This document shows, piece after piece, positions 57,843-64,000 of a stretch of DNA of 64,000 nucleotides; the first letter of the stretch is position 1, and each line of letters begins with the position of its first letter. The notes under the pieces are model-generated. The model was not told the DNA's origin. It did not search any database and saw only the letters and a list, made by a program, of their open reading frames with translations. The stretch is from the human T2T-CHM13v2.0 reference genome, Homo sapiens: NCBI RefSeq assembly GCF_009914755.1, contig NC_060947.1; one strand, 5' to 3'. The position numbers were made by a program, and so were the translations under genes.

Positions 57843-60144
57843 ATCTAAAGCAACAAAATAGCAGTTTTCAACAGGACTCTGCTTAAGTAAGAATGTAATG
57901 GGGATAGTAGATATATGACAGAGAGTTAAGAGACCTCACAGAGAATCCCAAATCCTCAAAGGGAGGAAGGAGATGTGTGCCAAGGTCCTCCAAGACCTTG
58001 AATAACTTCAAGTCATTTCCCATGGTCTCCAAGGGATAAGGAAGAGATTTAGCTTGTGTGGAGAGAGGGAGTCTCTAAGAATAAAGAACAGCTGGAAGTG
58101 AAGGTTTGGGTCAGACTGTTAAAGACCTTGAGCACAAAATACATTTTCTTGGCCATCCTGAAAGCAAGAGAAGAGCCACTATTGAGTTTCAGGTTGTGAT
58201 AGGGTCGATTGACAGGGTAAAAGCAGGACCTGATGAGGATGATTCATGCTTCTAGATATCATTCTAGTTCTATCTTGGTTCTACACAAGTTGCACTGGTT
58301 TGAGAAGTTCAGGTCATTCTGGTCACTCAGGTTCAAAACCATCTCAATACAGCTACCCTAGTCTGAACGCAATCTGGTTGGAGGTCAGGCTCCTACAGTA
58401 AATGAAAGATGTATATTGGGTCAATTTCAAAGGATTTCTGCTTTAGAAGGCATAAGAGATGTGATAAGAACATCTTGTCACATCTTTCTCTGATTCCTAC
58501 TCATTTTCAGGACCCAATTCAACCATACCTCCCCCAGGGTTCTTGCCCTCCTCTGAACTCCTTCAGGACTTCTTTGTACCACTCACATGGTCCTAACTTA
58601 TACCCTTACTAATATTGAAAGTATCTCTTTGTGAAAATGGCCTGTTTCCCCAGAAAAACCTTGAGACCCCAGAGGAAAAGAATTATAACTGAGACTTTTC
58701 CGTGTTCCCATGGGATCTGGCTAGTTGGGAAGGATATTGATCCAATGATTTAGTGGTCTCTCAGTGTAGGGAGGCCCCACTTAGGGAACCTCAGGCACTT
58801 TGGGAGCTGTGTCTGCTCTCGTTACACACTCACCTTTCTCAACTAAGTAGGCTGTGAAGAGGTGAGGTCTAGTGATGTATCCCAGCCAGGCCTGGGCTAC
58901 AATGACTACACAAAGAGCATATAGCTCTTTCTGGCCCTAATGCCACAAAGTCTCTGGCTCCCCATCATTCCTGCTTTCATAGGCTCAGGGATGAATGTCA
59001 TGGTCAGAAAGACAAAGCCCACAGTTCTGATTGCCAGGTATCCAGTCCCATTTTCCATGGCCTCTGTTGATGTTGGACCCAGCCTTCAGGCTGGACTCAA
59101 CAGACTCAGGATGAAAATAGGCCCTTGGCTGGGAAGGCTGGCTTTCCACAAAGTGCTCTTTCCCCACAATGGCCAAAGCAAATGTCACCGGCCAGAGCTG
59201 AAAGCCAGCCAGCTGCTCCCAACCTTTGCCGGGCAGCACCAAGGAGGCCCAGAGTCAACAGTGCATGGACAGGTTTGCTATTTTATTCCTTCTCATTCCT
59301 CAGACATCAGATTTCCCTTTGGTGAGTCTAAACAACCAAAAAGAACTGAAGTCACCTCTAGCCTCTAGGAAAAAGTCAAAGATCTTTTGGCCTCAATTGC
59401 TAAGAGTTAGAGATTCAGCACATCCCCCACCTCCAATCCCCTCAGCCTCTCAAGGGTGCCAAAGACAACAGGCCACCTTCTGGAGTCACTGTTGAAATTG
59501 CTTCTCTCTGTTTCCTTAGGAGAAAGGAAGGAGGTGTGCAGGAATGAACTATCAGTACCCACTGTTCTTGCTGGTTCACAGGCCAAGGTAAGACTCAAAA
59601 CAGAGTCCAATGAATTATTCTTCTTGAATTAAGTAGCCAGCCTCCCTTCATCATGAGAGGTCAGGGGCCAGGTTTCAGAAACTGACTGAGAGGAACATGG
59701 AGAGAGGAAGAGAAGGATGGGTAAAGAAAAGCACAGTGGGAAAGGCCAGGCAGAGACAAAGGGAAGAATTTTTTATTGAACATACCGAAGTTTCTTCTGA
59801 AAGAGCAACTTTAGGCTAATGAGTGCAATTAGGAAGGTGGGAAAATTTTGATGGTGGCAAAGCTAGAAAATGGTACTGCCTTGGGAATGAAATTGTCTTG
59901 TCTGTATCCATAGAAAATATTCCCCTCTCCCAAACTGGGACGAGTTGTTACTGACTTAGAAGATACCTGGGACTAGAAAGGATTACTATCAAACAGAAAG
60001 ACATCCTTCATCAGAGATAGTCAACATCTGATTCAAACTATAAGCTATCTCTTCAGTACACAGGTCCCCTCTAATAATAATCATAGACATTTCACAATAA
60101 TAGTAATAAATACCCCATAATTAACCCCACCTACATGCCTGGCA

Positions 60145-60410
60145 ATGTTCTATTCCCAAACTTGTCACCAAGGCACCCCAGCGTGCCATAAGCAATTTGC
60201 AGAGGTACTGCAAGATATTTTAAATTTTTGAGGGAAACATATTAACATCTGTTGGATGCCTGTGAACTACTACTATTAAGCTTTTTCCACCTAATTACTC
60301 AATAAACAGAGCTGTTGTATATTTCTATATTTCTTTTGGCTTAGGGATGCTGTGAAAAAAATACGAAAACACTAAGGGCACAGTGAACCAAGAAACTTTG
60401 GGAATATTTG
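60145..60410. mobile_element. hAT-Charlie-type MITE adjoining an antisense MIR (~60415-60620)
   Basis: Inverted ends tattcccaaact / actttgggaata; MIR core attttgtagataaagaaactaaagctc follows. Confidence 0.55.
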
Positions 60411-61019
60411 CTATATGGATTACATGGATTACTCATGTAATTCTCCAACATTATGAGGTAGGTCTTAATATTGTTTGCATTTTGTAGATAAAGAAACTAA
60501 AGCTCCAAAAGATAAAGTAATTTGTCCAATGTACACATCTAAATGATGGCAAAGCAGAGATGAAAACATAGATATGGTAGACTCCAGGGACTGTACTCCT
60601 AAAACATTCATAATACTGCTTTCCCATAATTAGCTTTGCACACCATGCTCATTGAATATGCAGGCTGTAAAGAATGCCTTGATAGGACAAGTGATGTTTG
60701 TGTTACGGAAATAGTATTACTAGTCTAGAAATCCAAAATTTATTTGTCTCTTAATCAATACATATACTATAAAATGTATATAAAAGGGATGCCATTTAAA
60801 ACTAAGAATTAAATAAATATGAAACAGAAGCTGAAATTGGGATTCCCACCAAGCTATTTCAACCGTTCAACTGCTTTTGAACTAATTCCTGGGAGATCCC
60901 CCATGGTTAGTATAATTTTACTCTAAATTTTAGTTTTTCTGTATCCCCAAGGTTCACTTTTATTTTCTGGTGTGATAAGCAGTGTCTTTTATCTCACTGA
61001 ATATAAAAGAGAAAGTATC

Positions 61020-61260
61020 AGCCCCAATTGCCACTGGTTTCTCTCTTATTACCCTGAGGGAATTCAGCCTGAGAACAAGGACAACATACAAAGCAGGGCA
61101 GAATCAAGAGAATCACAGAGGAAAGGTGCCAGAGTCATGACTGAACCATACTTGAAACCTGTCCAACCGCTGGACTTTTCTGTTACATGAGCCAATATTC
61201 CTCTGTTTTGTTCTGATCAGTTTGAGTTTTCTGTAATTTGCAACCAAAGCAACCTGAATA
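61020..61260 (+). mobile_element. MLT1-family (MaLR) LTR 3' fragment
   Basis: ctggacttttctgttacatgagccaata...gttttctgtaatttgcaaccaaagc. Confidence 0.75.
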
Positions 61261-62019
61261 AGCTACTTTCCTAAAGCACCTAGCACCATGCTTGGTATAC
61301 TCAGCCATAAGAGCCCTGTTCCAATGCTGATTCCCCACTGAAGCATGTTCTAAACCCCAAACACAATTTATTGCTCCATTATTTGGGTATCATAGCTCAT
61401 TATATATAACTTTACTGTATGGTATATCACTGTGGGTTATTTATTTACAGATACTTCTTTACCTAATGTTTTTCCCACTATAAGGTAAAACTGTGGTGCC
61501 TTATAAAATGCCTAACACACAGGAGACCATCCATAAGTGTGTGTTGCTCTGAACTAAAATGAAACATTAAGCATTCAATCAACGTTAGTTCAGTTCTCTT
61601 TCCTCTGGCAGGCAGAATGATGCTAGATAGGTCCCATTCTTACTATAAATTCTGACAGCCCAGAGACTTGTCCCATTTTAGCCCTAGGCATGGGCAGAAC
61701 AACTACAAATGGCAATACCCAGTCTGCTGTTCCAGCATCCAACACCCTGTACCAGACCTGGCAGAAATCAATGCAGAGGTTGCTGAGACAAACCATGGGC
61801 CCCACTGAACCCAGCCCAGACAGAGAGTAGCAGTACAATCATGGCCACCACAAAGCTGGCAACCAATCAGAGTAGTACAATGGTATTTTAAGGAAGGCCC
61901 CAAAAACATACCCATTCCATTCTCTCCTTTGTGTCCCATCTGCAAGCCTACAATTCTATCACAGGAATTTAATTGTGTTAACAGAGGGCTTTGGCCTTCT
62001 TCAAAGCAAGTTTCTTTCT

Positions 62020-62240
62020 GTACAATAATTTCCCCTTCTTCTGAACTTTCACAGTACTTAGCACATTCTTCTATTAGCATTTCTCATATTGGCTTGTGAT
62101 TATTTCTATATGTGTCTGTGTTGCCCGCTAGACTGTGAGCCCTTGAGGACAAGAATTTTGTTGTCTCAGTCTCTGCATTCTGTGGGCCTACCATATACCG
62201 AAAACAGAATAAATGCTCAGAAAGTGTTTCTTGAAATTAA
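62020..62240 (+). mobile_element. L2 3' end
   Basis: ctagactgtgagcccttgaggacaagaattttg...aaatgctcagaaagtgtttcttgaa. Confidence 0.7.
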
Positions 62241-63439
62241 TTATTGTCAAGTCTCCCTTAAAATAGTGAGGTAGATTTGATGCCAATTGGTACTTGATAC
62301 CTCCTCCTGCCATAGAAACATGTGGGATTTGGAGATGGTGGTAGAATACGTTGATTTGAGCCTATCTTAGTGAATTACTTGCCAATTGTCCTTTCTCAAA
62401 GCCTGTAAGCTCTTTGAACCTTAGTTTCTTCACCCTCACAATAAAGACAATTATAAATGTACTTTGTGAATGTAATGTCTTGTGAAAAAGTGTATTTATA
62501 ACATAACTTAATTGAAGGAGGGTTTTTTTCCATAATTATTTTTGCCTAGGGATAAGTGGGGATTCCTTCAGAGCTTTGCAGAGATTGCCATTTCACATAC
62601 TGGATGTTCCCTGTGGAGTTTTTTTGTGGCAATAAACCTATTCTGCTTCCTCCATTAAATAATAAACAACTTTTATCCTTCCTTAGTCCACCTCCTTCAG
62701 CAGTGTTCAAGGTGGGCAAATGGCAGTAGGAACAACCCAGAACTGCACAGAAACCAAAAGCCTCTTAGAATCAACTCTAGAACGGTGTTCTTGCAGATGA
62801 GAGCCACACTTTAGTTAATATTAACACCAATTTATGTTTCCTGAGCACCTGCAAGCTGGATAGTGAAAGAAGTCATCTAGGAACAGAGATGATGATAGCA
62901 AAAATGTCACCTTTGAATGCCAAACCAAGCCTGCCAAATCGAACTACTCATTGCTCTTCATACATGCCTTATGACTTTTCTACCTTTAGATCATTCCTCT
63001 TGCTGGTACAGAGGTCTTAAATGGCCTTCTACACTTTTCCTAATGTCAAGTGCTAACTATCTTTCAAGGCCTGGCTCAAATTCTACCTTTATAAATTTTT
63101 CCTTATATACCAAATTCCTTCTTTCACCTACAAATTGTTTCTCCTTCTTTCATGTTCTTCTGAAAGCACTTGGCTTCTGGCAATTACTACTTTTCTATCA
63201 TCTCTCTCAGTTAATGTCTCTCCAATTTATCTTCTCCTCCTAGGTACCTGTCATCTCTTGCCTGAAACATTATAGTTACATACTAAGCAGTTTCTCTGCC
63301 ACCGGTCTTTCATTCCTCCAGCCTATACTCCACGTTATTGCCAAGTACAGCTTTCTAAAATACTTACCCTACCCTGATTTAACATTTCTGGTCATAGGAG
63401 AAAAATCTAAATTCAGCAACATGATACACCATAGTAGCT

Positions 63440-63775
63440 ACAAAATACAGGCCCATGAACTCACTACATCAGAATCATGGTCAAGGGGGTGGGGATAGTT
63501 TGTTAAAGACATAGATTCTCAACCAGATTCTATTTCCTGAAAATCTGTAACTTTAAAGGCATTACAGATCAGCCAAGGATGGTAAATATGTTTCATCTTA
63601 TGGATCAATTCAAATTGACTACAAATAGCCATTTGCGGTTCTCTGTTTTGAATGATTCTAAGTCATATCCAGGCTTATTGGGAAGAAAGATTATGCCTGA
63701 TTAGCAATTTCTGATGGGCATGGGAGGAACTTATAGTGGTGATCATGCAGGCATTTTTTATTCCGGCTTCAGGCA
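63440..63775. mobile_element. MER5-like fragment followed by a MER102-like hAT fragment
   Basis: catcagaatca...tttgttaaagacatagattctc, then caaggatggtaaatatgtttcatct...tgattagcaatttctg. Confidence 0.5.
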
Positions 63776-64000
63776 CAGAACAACTAGCAATTTCCCAGGC
63801 AGGTAGGCAATTCCCACCTTTGTGTACTGTTTCATTCATCTAGAATGCCTCCCTCTGCCCACACCCTCAACTCCTGAGTTTCTAGAAAATTTCTAATTAT
63901 CATCTAAGTTCAATTTAAATATCACCTAGTCTGAGAAGTTTTCGTTGACTCTCTGCATCATTCCATCTCTCATCTGGGTTCTGATAACAATTTTTTCTCA

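Noticed and set aside
58940-59368. 142-aa ORF
   Set aside because: No recognisable homology; only the splice-like signals inside and after it were kept as a finding.

Overview
This is primate (hominoid, human-like) non-coding DNA, AT-rich and dominated by transposable elements. No host protein-coding gene, rRNA, tRNA or CRISPR array is recognisable, and all long ORFs in the track are LINE-1/LTR12 remnants or low-complexity artefacts. About 22 kb (20450-42565) is a LINE-1 cluster with two parts. (i) A full-length L1PA3-type element whose ORF2 is still exactly 3828 nt in one frame but carries nonsense codons. It has two different 3' ends separated by ~370 bp of unique polyadenylated DNA, best explained as a younger L1PA2-type copy with a 3' transduction inserted into the older element. 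(ii) A nested stack: L1PA8A(+) contains an AluY and an antisense L1PA7-type element, which itself contains a solo LTR12C. Target-site duplications are readable for the L1PA8A, L1PA7 and LTR12C layers. The flanks hold older L1M/L1PB, L2, L3, MIR, Alu monomers, hAT/Tigger DNA transposons, an MLT1 LTR and several short tandem duplications. The most unexplained non-TE signal is a degenerate ~55-60 bp array of about nine CAGGATCAAACCACTG-like cores (56283-56882), next to an RFX X-box/E-box cluster. Subfamily names come from recalled consensus diagnostics, not a database search. Boundaries of ancient repeats are approximate.
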